From IMG/VR virus record IMGVR_UViG_3300020573_000227, positions 37,684 to 101,683 of that record: a stretch of 64,000 nt of DNA. One strand, 5' to 3'. Under the pieces are notes generated by a model. That model searched no databases. It worked only from the letters and a program-made list of their open reading frames with translations, and was not told the DNA's origin. Positions within the stretch are counted from its first letter, which is position 1; every line of letters starts with the position of its first letter. Shown here one piece after another: positions 44,738 through 55,377 of the stretch. Source of the stretch: a virus. Made by a program: the position numbers and the translations under genes.

Positions 44738-44749
44738 AGTCCCTTTTTT

Positions 44750-45592
44750 TTATGATAATAAAGAATAATATTCTTTAAAGTGTTTAATTCTATCGGCTAA
44801 TCCGATTGTTCCACCATTTACTCTTTTTGTAATTTTGGTCACAACCGTATCACTTGAACCTTCGTCGGCTATTTTATGTAAACCATTCTTACTAAAGAAC
44901 CACGCCGCTGATAACAAAGCATAATCTGAAGCCACCTTGTCAGGATTTGATAAAATATCCTCGTTAATTGATTTACCAAATGCCGTGTAATTTTCTTTTC
45001 CGGTTAATTGGATATAACCTCTTCCGCAGAATTTCGCACCTTCACCTGATGATTCTGGACCATTACCCATTCTGTTTCCATAAACTTTATTAGCAATTTT
45101 AACGGGTTGTCTTTCATAAGGTTTTGCGGCCGCCTCTGTTGGGAAATATTTCTTAAATGTTCCTACCAATCCCTTTGCTGAATAATTTAAATTTTCTTTT
45201 GTTGCTCTGAAACCTCCCGATTCGTGACCACATTGTGCCAAGAAGTGAGCTAATCTTAATGGTGTGTTAATTTGAAATTTAGCTGCCGTGTCAGGTATCA
45301 TTTTAATAACTGAATCGGGTATGTGTCCCTTTAATCTCTCTAACTTTAAACCACCAACACTTGCAACAGGTGCGGGTTCCGTTATTACGGTAGGTTGGGT
45401 TTTTGTTCCTTCGGTAAATAATTTACCCCATGTTCCATCACCCACAATACCGTCCGCCGTTAAACCATTAGACGATTGCCACGCCTTTACTGCGGCTTCG
45501 GTTTTTGGTCCAAATTTACCTATTGGGTCAACTCCCAATTTAACCTGAAGTTTTTTTACATCTTCACCTTCTGATCCTAATTTTAATAACAT
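44750..45592 (-). CDS. Endolysin: PG-binding domain + GH19
   Basis: LKLGSEGEDVKKLQ..DGIVG; AHFLAQCGHESGGF..ENLNYS, GRGYIQLTG, INGG-like VNGGTIG. Confidence 0.92.
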   Translation of the reverse strand: MLLKLGSEGEDVKKLQVKLGVDPIGKFGPKTEAAVKAWQSSNGLTADGIVGDGTWGKLFTEGTKTQPTVITEPAPVASVGGLKLERLKGHIPDSVIKMIPDTAAKFQINTPLRLAHFLAQCGHESGGFRATKENLNYSAKGLVGTFKKYFPTEAAAKPYERQPVKIANKVYGNRMGNGPESSGEGAKFCGRGYIQLTGKENYTAFGKSINEDILSNPDKVASDYALLSAAWFFSKNGLHKIADEGSSDTVVTKITKRVNGGTIGLADRIKHFKEYYSLLS

Positions 45593-45675
45593 AATTCTTC
45601 CTTTGTTTTAAGTCTTTATTTAATAATAAATACCAGTTATCCTTTATAAAGTATTTATATAAAAGATAAATTTTA

Positions 45676-46989
45676 ATGAAGAGGATTGTATTATCGGAAC
45701 AACAGTTAAAGAATGTTATAGATAAAATATTATCTGAACAAACAATTGTAAGAAACGAGACTAGAAAACCAGCTAGTCTACCTCCAATTAATATACCTTA
45801 TAAGTTCCCCGCAGGTTATTGGATGCCAACACAACAATTGGTTTCACAGGTAACAAATGCATTAACACCCGTTATCGAATTCATAAAAAAACATCAATCA
45901 CAAAAAATTGAGGTTTCGATACAAGCGGGAGAGTCTAAAGTTACAAATGCCGATAATGAGCCAACAAGTAAAAATAAAGGTAATAAGGTTCCACAAAAAT
46001 ATTTAGCGAACGGAAGAGCTAATTCCGTTAAGTCCATTATCAATAACTTTTTTGATAACTTAATTAAAACAAACGTTATTTCAGTAAAACCTACTTTTGG
46101 TGAAAATCAAATAGTAATAGGTAGTACACCATATGTTTCAGGTAAAAATAGTCCGAACGATCCAAAATATGCAGAAGAACAATTCATCAACGTTATTGTT
46201 AATGCGACGGGTGAATCTGTAACGGTTAATGAAACTTGTTTAGTTGGACTTAGATTAATGATTGATTATAATGAAAATTGGTGTACAGAAACCGACAAGA
46301 GTAGATGTCATCAATGTAATGAAGCCGTTTTTTCAATTTACGCGAATGGTATCCCAATTAAAAATGATAAAGGGTCAAATTATGCCAATTTAAATAATGG
46401 AAATGATGGAAAATCAAGACAATGGATAGGTAGATTTAGTGAGGAAGATTCAAAAGCCATCCTCCAAGGTGGTAAAAAAGAAATAATAGTAACCTATCAA
46501 TGTGAATCCGATAATGGTAGTGGTTGTCACTCGGATGCTATGCATGTTACAATATTCGACAACACAAATAAACAAATTTTTAATGACTTTGTATCTGGAG
46601 GATATAGAATAAGAAAATCTGACGGTCAAAGATTATTATTAAAAACTGATGAATGTGGTAAAGTTATTGAAGTGGCCCCAAGAGTAGGAACCACTCCGGC
46701 ACCAAAAAGGACTGTAAAAAAATGGACTTTTGATACGAATAACATTACTAATAGTCTTGCAAAAGTTTTAAGTTATGCAGATGATAGTGGTAAAATAGAT
46801 TGGACTAAATTAATGGACTCAAATCTTGATACTCAGTCAATACAAAATTACACAAAAAAAGGTGGGACCGTGGACCAATTTTTAAAACCGTATTTAGAAG
46901 CTGGATGGATTAAAAATAAGGATATCGAAAACCTAAAATCGACAGCGAAACAATTAAGACAACAGTCACAACAACAACCCGTTAAATAA
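45676..46989 (+). CDS. Hypothetical protein with LSEQ leader and OmpA-C-like segment
   Basis: MKRIVLSEQQL; I.AGES...LANGRANSVK. Confidence 0.6.
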   Translation: MKRIVLSEQQLKNVIDKILSEQTIVRNETRKPASLPPINIPYKFPAGYWMPTQQLVSQVTNALTPVIEFIKKHQSQKIEVSIQAGESKVTNADNEPTSKNKGNKVPQKYLANGRANSVKSIINNFFDNLIKTNVISVKPTFGENQIVIGSTPYVSGKNSPNDPKYAEEQFINVIVNATGESVTVNETCLVGLRLMIDYNENWCTETDKSRCHQCNEAVFSIYANGIPIKNDKGSNYANLNNGNDGKSRQWIGRFSEEDSKAILQGGKKEIIVTYQCESDNGSGCHSDAMHVTIFDNTNKQIFNDFVSGGYRIRKSDGQRLLLKTDECGKVIEVAPRVGTTPAPKRTVKKWTFDTNNITNSLAKVLSYADDSGKIDWTKLMDSNLDTQSIQNYTKKGGTVDQFLKPYLEAGWIKNKDIENLKSTAKQLRQQSQQQPVK

Positions 46990-47145
46990 TTAAGGAGTTA
47001 AAGACGGATATTCAACAACTATTTTACCCCTTTTAAAATCTTCCATTGTCATTCTTTTGGCTTTCTGAATGGACTTGTTTAACTTGTATTGTGTTGAGCA
47101 TGAACCCATAAAAACAACAAATAACAGTAATAATACTTTTTTCAT
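46990..47145 (-). CDS. Small lipoprotein, 51 aa (not in ORF track)
   Basis: MKKVLLLLFVVFMGSC lipobox. Confidence 0.6.
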   Translation of the reverse strand: MKKVLLLLFVVFMGSCSTQYKLNKSIQKAKRMTMEDFKRGKIVVEYPSLTP

Positions 47146-47228
47146 TCTTTAAGATTTAAAGAACAAAAATAGTATATTTTTTGAAATATCCAAAATTTGT
47201 TTATACTTTTGTTGAATATTTATTAGAT

Positions 47229-47696
47229 ATGAAAAAGTTAATACTCACTGAAAATCAAGTAAAAACGATAACAAATACGTTAATTAAAGAATCCGTTGAC
47301 GATACTCGTTATAGAAGAGAAGTAAAAGTTTCTGTTGGTGTAAATCACGAACAGAAGTATAAAGGTGGGGAAATTAATGACATAACCCCATATTCCCCAA
47401 CAATGGAACTTTCATTTGATATTGACCAAGAACATAGAAGTTGGGGTATAAAAGGAATTAGTTTAAACTCAATCAAAGGACCTGATTCAATAGAAATCGA
47501 AATAGAATATTATCCTGAAGGTTCTGACGATTATTTAACCGATGAAATAACCATTCCTCTTAATTGGGATAATGTGTCAATTGATAAAGTCTCTAATGGT
47601 CTCATTACTGTCGGTGATGAAGTGGACATAACACTATACATTTCCGAAACGGGAGAATATTCTACCGAGATTTCTATGGATATTTACACATTATAA
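47229..47696 (+). CDS. Hypothetical protein with ILTENQ leader
   Basis: MKKLILTENQVKTITNTLIKES. Confidence 0.7.
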   Translation: MKKLILTENQVKTITNTLIKESVDDTRYRREVKVSVGVNHEQKYKGGEINDITPYSPTMELSFDIDQEHRSWGIKGISLNSIKGPDSIEIEIEYYPEGSDDYLTDEITIPLNWDNVSIDKVSNGLITVGDEVDITLYISETGEYSTEISMDIYTL

Positions 47697-47740
47697 GGTT
47701 TTTACTTTACACTTTATAAATTTTCATTATACTTATAATA

Positions 47741-47832
47741 GACCTTGTGGTTGAAGTCGAAGTGTCCTTGAGGCATTTGAGTTGGAATTGATACCAACGA
47801 ATTCGGGTTCAAATACAAAAAAATATAAGGAA
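47741..47832 (+). promoter_or_regulatory. Structured 5' leader pairing with the 3' UTR
   Basis: GACCTTGTGGTTG (47741) complementary to TAATCACAAGGTC (48608); two internal hairpins. Confidence 0.55.
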
Positions 47833-48600
47833 ATGAACAGAAGAATTTCAATCAACACGATTGGTCTTGCCGTACCACAATCTTTTATTACCAAGAGTAA
47901 ACAAAGATTAAAACAGCAAATTGATACCGTTTATCTTAATAACGGTGATGAGTTCGAAATCGAACTTTTTAATCCCACACAAAATAAAGTTTTAGCAAAA
48001 ATAGAGATGAATGGTAATTCCATTGGTAATGGTATCATACTTCGTCCTGGTGAACGCATCTTCCTCGAAAGGTATCTTGATGAGGCAAAGAAGTTTTTGT
48101 TCGAAACATACGTTGTAAATGGGAATAATAAAGAAGTACAAGATGCTATTGAGAACAATGGTGACGTCGTTGTTAAATTTTATGACGAGGTGAGAATGTC
48201 AACATATAATGTTAATAGTGGTACTGTAACAATTAATAATCCAAATTTTGGTCGGGGGTCCACGACAACTGGTAGTCCTTATTATGGTAACGCAACATTT
48301 ACAACATCAGGAACAAATTTGTTTTATAATGCGTCGTTGACAAGTGGTACTATTAGTACGAATTCATCAAGAAGTCTTGAGACAGGTAGGGTAGAGAAAG
48401 GTTCAGAATCGAATCAATCTTTCACATATGATAGTTCATCGTTTAATAGTTACCCATCCACAACAAATTGGTGGAAAATTAAACCTAAATCAACTCAAGT
48501 TATTACTAAGGAAGATTTGGTTACTTACTGTACTGAGTGTGGTAGTAAGAGAAAAAAAGACACACATAAGTTCTGTCCACAATGCGGAACTAAATTCTAA
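47833..48600 (+). CDS. Hypothetical protein with C-terminal double zinc ribbon
   Basis: YLNNGDEFEIELFNPT..GIILRPGERIFLER; CTECG...FCPQCG. Confidence 0.75.
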   Translation: MNRRISINTIGLAVPQSFITKSKQRLKQQIDTVYLNNGDEFEIELFNPTQNKVLAKIEMNGNSIGNGIILRPGERIFLERYLDEAKKFLFETYVVNGNNKEVQDAIENNGDVVVKFYDEVRMSTYNVNSGTVTINNPNFGRGSTTTGSPYYGNATFTTSGTNLFYNASLTSGTISTNSSRSLETGRVEKGSESNQSFTYDSSSFNSYPSTTNWWKIKPKSTQVITKEDLVTYCTECGSKRKKDTHKFCPQCGTKF

Positions 48601-48689
48601 ATAAACATAATCACAAGGTCATAGAAGGGGAACAATTTGTTTCCCTTTTTTTATTGTCTTTAATCAATATTTTATTTATATTTAAAAAT

Positions 48690-50498
48690 ATGAAATGGAA
48701 AAATTTTGATACGGTGTACGCCAACGGATCCTCATTGACCGCAGGTGGTGGTATTAACGATAAGGATAATAAAAAAGAATATAAACGACTACACGGGATT
48801 GATATTGACAATGAAAAGGATGTCACATACCCAAAATACATTGCAGATTATTTTGGTTGTAATTTAGTTCATGAGGCATTATCGGGAGGTGGACCATCTA
48901 GATTAGTTAGAATGGTATATGAATACACAAAAAAAGTGGGTATGGTATCCTCAAACAGAACATTGTTTATTTTGGAAATTCCAGAACCAATTCACAGAAT
49001 TGATATGTATTTTGAAAAAATAGAGTCTTATGTTATTGTTAATGTTAGGTACGATAGTAATAATTCAGAAATTACATCTATTCAAATTCAAGAAACAACC
49101 ACACCCGATGGTAAGTTCTACGATTCTGAATTTTTACATAATGAATTTAAAGATGAGGTTTTAAATTACTTACAAAAGTATCATAATCCTATTGTTTATA
49201 CCGAAAAGGTAGTTGGTGAAGTTACGGGATTATTTTCTTTTTTAGAAAAAAATAAATTTGAATATTATTATACTTTTGAAAATGATACATATCGAAATAT
49301 ATTCCCAACTTTTTATAAAAGTATATCGGATAGGGAATTGAGAGTTGCGGGATTTTCGTCTATACATAGATTTTGTGGTGTAAAAAATCTAACGATAAAA
49401 GATGAGTTAAACGGTTTTACTGAGGATACTCATCCAGGTTATTTTGGTAATAAACTATATGCCGAAACCACAATACCAGTGTTGGTCGAAAAACTCAAGC
49501 CAGTTTTATTTATGTTTGGTGATTCCCACACTCAAACATTTAAATCTCATTATGAATGTGGTCAAAGTTGGTCGGTAGAGTATGTAAAACATTTAGGGTT
49601 CGTTCCTGAACATTACGCAGAATTAATTCCAAAATATTTTGATATCGATGTGGTTAATCGTGGTATGGGAGGAGCATCTAACTACACAATATTTGATAGT
49701 TTTTTAAAAACGATGAGTCAAATTAAACCAAAAGATATTTTAATATTTAATTGGACCTCGGAAGGTAGGTTTAGAATTGCTGACGATGTAAATCAATTTG
49801 TTGATATTATCCCTTTCAATCCACATCCTAAACAAAATGAAAATGTTAAAAAATCAACAACAGAAGAAATTGCGTTGAATCGAGTGACTTATAGTATTTG
49901 GTATAAAGAAATAAGTAATTTTATAGAAATAATAAAAAATCTATTTCCAAATAATCAAATTTATCATTGGAGCTGGGTTTCTCCTGAATGTGATTATCCA
50001 GAAAATCTTTGGTCAACTGAAATGATAGAAGATAAACAACTATGTATTTATGTTGAGGGTTACCACTATATGGAAGAAAAATTAAAATCCATTGTTGATA
50101 AAAATGCGGATGTTTTATATGATATAGAAAAGAATATTGATTTAGAAAAAATCTTATCCGAAATAAATGAAGGTAAAAAAATTATAATTCATGGTATGTT
50201 TCATAGTAAACCAGAAGTTTTAAAGTTTTTTAAAGACAATAACATTAGGATGAAATTTTTTGACACCACTAATCATAAAAAAGAGTGTTATAAATTAATG
50301 ATTCCATTTAGAAAATATTCAAGCATTGAGGATGAGACAAAGGGTGCTGTTAAAGATTTACATATTGGTGAGGAAGGACATAGGGAATTAACTAAAACAT
50401 TTATCTCTTTAATTGAACAATCGATTAAGAAACCATCCCCAAGAAAAATAATGAACGTCCCAAATAATTACCCTAAAGAAAGACAAAGATTTATATGA
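48690..50498 (+). CDS. Tandem SGNH/GDSL-like domain protein
   Basis: ANGSSLTAG...DTHPG; FGDSHT..NRGMGGASN...DLH. Confidence 0.65.
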   Translation: MKWKNFDTVYANGSSLTAGGGINDKDNKKEYKRLHGIDIDNEKDVTYPKYIADYFGCNLVHEALSGGGPSRLVRMVYEYTKKVGMVSSNRTLFILEIPEPIHRIDMYFEKIESYVIVNVRYDSNNSEITSIQIQETTTPDGKFYDSEFLHNEFKDEVLNYLQKYHNPIVYTEKVVGEVTGLFSFLEKNKFEYYYTFENDTYRNIFPTFYKSISDRELRVAGFSSIHRFCGVKNLTIKDELNGFTEDTHPGYFGNKLYAETTIPVLVEKLKPVLFMFGDSHTQTFKSHYECGQSWSVEYVKHLGFVPEHYAELIPKYFDIDVVNRGMGGASNYTIFDSFLKTMSQIKPKDILIFNWTSEGRFRIADDVNQFVDIIPFNPHPKQNENVKKSTTEEIALNRVTYSIWYKEISNFIEIIKNLFPNNQIYHWSWVSPECDYPENLWSTEMIEDKQLCIYVEGYHYMEEKLKSIVDKNADVLYDIEKNIDLEKILSEINEGKKIIIHGMFHSKPEVLKFFKDNNIRMKFFDTTNHKKECYKLMIPFRKYSSIEDETKGAVKDLHIGEEGHRELTKTFISLIEQSIKKPSPRKIMNVPNNYPKERQRFI

Positions 50499-51310
50499 GA
50501 ATACCTAACATAGACGCAATTTATTCTAATGGATCGTCTCTTACCGCTGGCGGTGGATTATATCATACAAACATTAAAAATGAATATAAAAAACTATACA
50601 ATGTTTATTGGGAGGACGAAAAAAAAGTAACATATCCTCAATATGTTGCTGATTATTTTGAATGTGAATTAACTCACGATGGACAATCTGGATCAGGAGC
50701 GCCAAGACTTATTCGTAGAACATATGAACACATTCAAAAAATTGGAATTGATAAAGCTCGTAAAACATTATTTTTATTTGAGATTACAGACCCAATTCAT
50801 AGAATAGATTTTTATTCAAATAAAATTGATGACCATATGGTCGTTAATATTAGATATGATAATGATGGTGAAATGAATATTGTTTCTGCACATCACACCA
50901 TATCACCAACAGATAGCAAATATCCTGATTCGTTTTTTAAGGGAGAGATTGAACAAGATTTGTGGAATTATTTTGAAAAATACCACAATCCAATTGTTTA
51001 TACAAATAAGTTTAAGGGTGAGTTAGTTGGGTTGTTTACTTTTTTAGAATTTAACAATATTCCATATTATTATATGTTTGAGAATGATACTCTTAAATCA
51101 TCACACAAATATGTTTATGATATATTGGATAAAAAAAGAAAAGTGATTTTAGAAGATGAGGGTTGCCATTCGTCAAGTCATTTTTGTAATAGACACAAAT
51201 TGACAATAAAAGATGAGCTAAACGGTTTTACTGAGGATGAACATCCGGGTTATTTTGGTTACAAAAAATTTGGTGAGACTTTAATCAAATTTATTGGGGC
51301 TAGATTATAA
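50495..51310 (+). CDS. SGNH-like protein, paralog of the N-half of 48690
   Basis: SNGSSLTAGGG...TIKDELNGFTEDEHPGYFG. Confidence 0.65.
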   Translation: MRIPNIDAIYSNGSSLTAGGGLYHTNIKNEYKKLYNVYWEDEKKVTYPQYVADYFECELTHDGQSGSGAPRLIRRTYEHIQKIGIDKARKTLFLFEITDPIHRIDFYSNKIDDHMVVNIRYDNDGEMNIVSAHHTISPTDSKYPDSFFKGEIEQDLWNYFEKYHNPIVYTNKFKGELVGLFTFLEFNNIPYYYMFENDTLKSSHKYVYDILDKKRKVILEDEGCHSSSHFCNRHKLTIKDELNGFTEDEHPGYFGYKKFGETLIKFIGARL

Positions 51311-52669
51311 TTTATTTAAGAAATTATATTTTTCTTTTGTTGATTCGGTAATTTTTTTTCTTGATTCCTCACCTATCGATAAAAATAATTTTTGATTATG
51401 AATACAAATATCTTTAACGTTATTTAAAAATTCTATCTTTTCAGATTTTGTTTTATTACTGAATTTTTCTATTTCATTTTCAATTAAACCAATTCTTCTC
51501 ATGTCGTTACATTCATTATCGTATGATTCGTCGATATATGGATGAAAAGTTTTAAACCCAAATTTTGTTCTAATATATTTCAATGACTTTGCTGGTCCCA
51601 CCAAAATAAATGGTTGACAGTGACCAATAGGTTTCCAAATTTTTTCAGATATAAATCCAGTTGGGAAGGTAGAGTACTCGTTAACTTTCCAATCTGATTG
51701 AAAGAAAATAGTTTCGGTTACTAAACTAATATATGTGTTTAAATAAAGATTTTTATCCTCAAAACCATATCCCCATACATTTACAATGTCATCAACATCT
51801 AAATTTTTTGAGGTGGTTTTTAATAAGTCCGCAAATTCAATATTATTATCTCTTTTTAACATCTCCTCTACCATTCCACCATTATAGTATGATTTTTCCC
51901 ACGAAACTAAATTATTATCCAAACCCATTCTATGTAGTTTATTCAATAACATTATTCTGTGCATTTTAAAATGTCTCGATAATAATAAAAAATCTTTTTT
52001 ATCGTTCTCTATGTTTTTAATAAAATCATCTTCAGTAACAACGGTTGAATTTGTTTTATCTTCCCCATTTAAAATTGATTGAAATTCTCTTGCCTTGAAT
52101 GGTAAATAAAAATTGGAGTCCAATACGTTATAGTTAACTCCCATCCTTTCAAAGTTTTCTTTTAACTTAAAATCAGAAAAAATAAAAAATACTTTTTCAT
52201 CAGGTATATTGTTTTTTCTGGTGAAATCAACAATAAGGGAAAAATTTTCAATGTTTACACCAAGTCCACCATCTACAGTATAATTAATCAATAAATTACC
52301 TTCACCATTTCTTATTTCATTTAGTGCAGATTCTGATATTAATGTTAATGCGAATTTATCGTGTACCCTATGTAAACCAAAAAATAAGTCTAATCCAGAG
52401 TGTGGTTCAACAATATAAAACCATTTGTATGTGTTACCCTTTTTACGGTCTTTAATAATATTGTATACGGATTTAACAGTACTAATATTATCTAAATCGT
52501 TACTGTTGAATAAACAATAATCACAACCCCATTTTTGATTAAAATATTTAAAGCATTTGTTATAATCAAAATTAGAACCTTCTTTAATCGTAGGTATAAA
52601 TTTAGGATCTAAACAATTTGGTAATGGTCCGTTATGTGTTATGATGTCATAACCTAATATAATTTCCAT
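51305..52669 (-). CDS. Glycosyltransferase-like phage protein (GT10-like C-terminus)
   Basis: SLVTET, FISEKIWKPI..QPFI..G, GFKTF..YIDESYD. Confidence 0.6.
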   Translation of the reverse strand: MEIILGYDIITHNGPLPNCLDPKFIPTIKEGSNFDYNKCFKYFNQKWGCDYCLFNSNDLDNISTVKSVYNIIKDRKKGNTYKWFYIVEPHSGLDLFFGLHRVHDKFALTLISESALNEIRNGEGNLLINYTVDGGLGVNIENFSLIVDFTRKNNIPDEKVFFIFSDFKLKENFERMGVNYNVLDSNFYLPFKAREFQSILNGEDKTNSTVVTEDDFIKNIENDKKDFLLLSRHFKMHRIMLLNKLHRMGLDNNLVSWEKSYYNGGMVEEMLKRDNNIEFADLLKTTSKNLDVDDIVNVWGYGFEDKNLYLNTYISLVTETIFFQSDWKVNEYSTFPTGFISEKIWKPIGHCQPFILVGPAKSLKYIRTKFGFKTFHPYIDESYDNECNDMRRIGLIENEIEKFSNKTKSEKIEFLNNVKDICIHNQKLFLSIGEESRKKITESTKEKYNFLNKL

Positions 52670-52802
52670 AACGTAATATAAGAAAAATTTATTACTTAAT
52701 CAATTTTCTAAATTTAGAATATGATTCAAATAATTTATAGTTAGTTAAAAGTGAAACCAAGTTATCAACCTTAACACCATCCTTAGGGTCCCTCCAACCA
52801 CC

Positions 52803-54539
52803 TTAGGTCTCACCTGTATCTTTATTAGTATACTCAATTTTTACCATACCGGTCGAACAATCAATTTGATTATTTTTTAACCTTACCTTAATATGGTCAT
52901 TTTCGAATGTTGTTGAATTTTTAAAATATTGTTTAAGTATATCATTCAATTTAGTTCTAAGAGAAAAACATTCTTTGTTTTGTTCAACATCATTTAACAT
53001 ATCTTCAAAATACTTATTCGTTTCTTTTGTTAAATCTCCATCATCACCATATTTTGGAAATTGTAAATCAAAATCATATATCCTTTCCCACTCACCACCA
53101 TGTCCTAAATAATCAATAAATTCATCCATCACATTCTCTAAAGAATTTTTTGTTTCGTCGTCTATTTTGGTAATGTCTTTTTTTATTAAGAATTGAACGA
53201 ATTTTACAACTCCTATTTCATATCGATATCCTCGATTATTATCATCAATATAAATGTCGGATTTTATTGCGTCCGCTGCGGCTTGATTTTCGTTTTCATA
53301 ACTTTGGTGAGAGAGATCTGCGGTGTTAGACCAATAAGCTTCTTGGATATCTGAATTTTCCACATAATTATCTATAAAAGTTTCTACGAAATTCTCCTTA
53401 TTTTTTATACCAAAACTACTTGAAAATTCGCTCGGATTTTCCTCGTAATATTTTTCAATAAAGGAGACTAGATTTTCTCTTTCGTACTCATCAATACCTC
53501 TATCTCTCATATCCTCATAAACAAAATTCCATCCTTCATTGGTTTCGTATTCATGATATCTAATGTTGTCATATACCTGTTGTGAGTTAGAATCGATTGT
53601 GTTAACGTCAAATGTCAATTTTCCCTCGTATACCTCAAATCCTCCATTAATATTGTCACTAATAATAAGTTCACTTAATTTTTCATCATCTTGATTTAGT
53701 AAAGCATTAACTAAGTCGTTATTAACCTGTCCGATTGCCTTTTGAATTAACCCCATCCCAACCTCATCGGGTAATATATCAATTCTTTTTAGTTCTAATT
53801 TTAATTGTTCGTCAGAAACTTTTCTTGTTAACGATGGAAAGTAGTAATTTATTAATTCATTTTTTCCGTTAAAAAATTCTTTAATATTAATTCTATGGTC
53901 ATCCTTATCCATGAATTGTTTAGATTCGAAATGAAATTGGTATTTTTCAGAAGGATTATTTTTTCTAATCATTATGTACAGAGGACCATTTTTAGAATAT
54001 TGTTGATACATGTTTGTTCTGTCCTTGTGTTTCTTATTCAAAGTATACGGACCCCAAGTTGTACACCATTCTGTATTGACGCCCAAATAACAGGATGCCT
54101 TTTCGGTTAATGGTTGAAATATGTACCACTCCTCTCCGTTATGTAAAACCTTATATTCGTCTTTTGAAAGTACTTTTAATACGTCATCTAAACTTTGACT
54201 ATCTTTAGCAATGTAATCTTTAACCAAATTGTATAAGTCCCCCAATTCTTTTATTTTACCTAAATCAATAGCAATACGATGTTGGTACACATAACCCAAA
54301 TATTCTGACGCTTTATCTAAGTCCTCAATTTGTAAACCTCCTTTTTGGTAAAGGGAAATTAATAGTTTTACATACTTTCCTAATGTGGTTGGATTACCTT
54401 GTTCATCGATAACCGATTTGGGGTCTGATTTAACAATGTTCAGAAAAATATCATATGGTATTTTATTATAATACTTTTGATAAATTTCCGCTCCCGATAA
54501 CTCGTTAAGTAATTCTTCTATTAATATTTCAAAATTCAT
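52803..54539 (-). CDS. Large hypothetical protein (WCT-motif family); frame continues 36 codons past TAA to 52692
   Basis: ASCYLG.NTEWCT, GPLYI, KYQFHFESKQFMD; LNE leader. Confidence 0.75.
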   Translation of the reverse strand: MNFEILIEELLNELSGAEIYQKYYNKIPYDIFLNIVKSDPKSVIDEQGNPTTLGKYVKLLISLYQKGGLQIEDLDKASEYLGYVYQHRIAIDLGKIKELGDLYNLVKDYIAKDSQSLDDVLKVLSKDEYKVLHNGEEWYIFQPLTEKASCYLGVNTEWCTTWGPYTLNKKHKDRTNMYQQYSKNGPLYIMIRKNNPSEKYQFHFESKQFMDKDDHRINIKEFFNGKNELINYYFPSLTRKVSDEQLKLELKRIDILPDEVGMGLIQKAIGQVNNDLVNALLNQDDEKLSELIISDNINGGFEVYEGKLTFDVNTIDSNSQQVYDNIRYHEYETNEGWNFVYEDMRDRGIDEYERENLVSFIEKYYEENPSEFSSSFGIKNKENFVETFIDNYVENSDIQEAYWSNTADLSHQSYENENQAAADAIKSDIYIDDNNRGYRYEIGVVKFVQFLIKKDITKIDDETKNSLENVMDEFIDYLGHGGEWERIYDFDLQFPKYGDDGDLTKETNKYFEDMLNDVEQNKECFSLRTKLNDILKQYFKNSTTFENDHIKVRLKNNQIDCSTGMVKIEYTNKDTGET

Positions 54540-54592
54540 GTTAATATAAATACTCGCTTGTTTTATTGCTTTATTTTTCTTATATTTTTTTT

Positions 54593-54979
54593 ATGGAAAA
54601 ACCAATTGTACATAATATAACGGAATGTTCTGAATGTAAAGTCCCTAAGGGTTGGGGGGAAGAAATTATCATAACGAACAATGAACTTTACTGCGGTAAA
54701 TTAATGAGATTTAAGGAAGGTGCTAAGTTCTCTATGCACTATCACATGATTAAAGATGAGACTTGGTACGTTAATAAAGGATTGTTTATCTATAGATGGA
54801 TAGATACTGAAACGGCGGAAATAATTGAACATAAATTAATTCCAGGTGATGTTGTTAGACAAAGACCCGGACAACCACATCAATTAGAGGCATTAATCGA
54901 TGGTGAGGTTTTTGAAGTGTCTACACAACATTTTGATTCTGATTCATATAGGGTTTGGAAGGGAGATTCACAAAAATGA
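54593..54979 (+). CDS. Cupin sugar isomerase-like protein
   Basis: VPKGWGEE, FSMHYH..KDETWY, HQL, EVST..FDSDSYR. Confidence 0.8.
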   Translation: MEKPIVHNITECSECKVPKGWGEEIIITNNELYCGKLMRFKEGAKFSMHYHMIKDETWYVNKGLFIYRWIDTETAEIIEHKLIPGDVVRQRPGQPHQLEALIDGEVFEVSTQHFDSDSYRVWKGDSQK

Positions 54980-55377
54980 AAAAGATTTGGGTAAATGGGA
55001 CGTTTGATGTTCTTCATATAGGTCACATAAAATTATTAGAATACGCATCAACATTAGGGTCCGTAAGGGTGGGTATTGACTCAGATAATAGAGTACGTGA
55101 AAAAAAAGGAGAACGTAGACCATATAATGGAATTGAAGATCGAATGGAATTTATTCGCAGTATTAAATTTGTCAACAGTGTAGTCTCTTTTGATTCGGAC
55201 GACACACTCGTCGATAGAATAAAAGAATGGGAACCCGACATATTAGTTATTGGGGATGATTACAAATATGATAAAATTATCGGTGTTGAACATGTTCCAA
55301 AAGTAATGTTTTTTGAAAAAATAAAAGATAAGTCCTCAACTAATATATTAAATTATGAAAATAACAGTAATAGGTGA
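54976..55377 (+). CDS. Cytidylyl/adenylyltransferase (HldE/RfaE domain II-like)
   Basis: NGTFDVLHIGH, KG..RP.N, G.DY, SST. Confidence 0.85.
   Translation: MKKIWVNGTFDVLHIGHIKLLEYASTLGSVRVGIDSDNRVREKKGERRPYNGIEDRMEFIRSIKFVNSVVSFDSDDTLVDRIKEWEPDILVIGDDYKYDKIIGVEHVPKVMFFEKIKDKSSTNILNYENNSNR

Noticed and set aside
47782-47832. Upstream TTG/GTG starts in the ORF track (also 4221, 24828, 41532, 43145, 47181, 48654, 54566, 59256, 63798)
   Set aside because: Extensions run through promoter boxes or structured leaders; downstream ATGs are preferred
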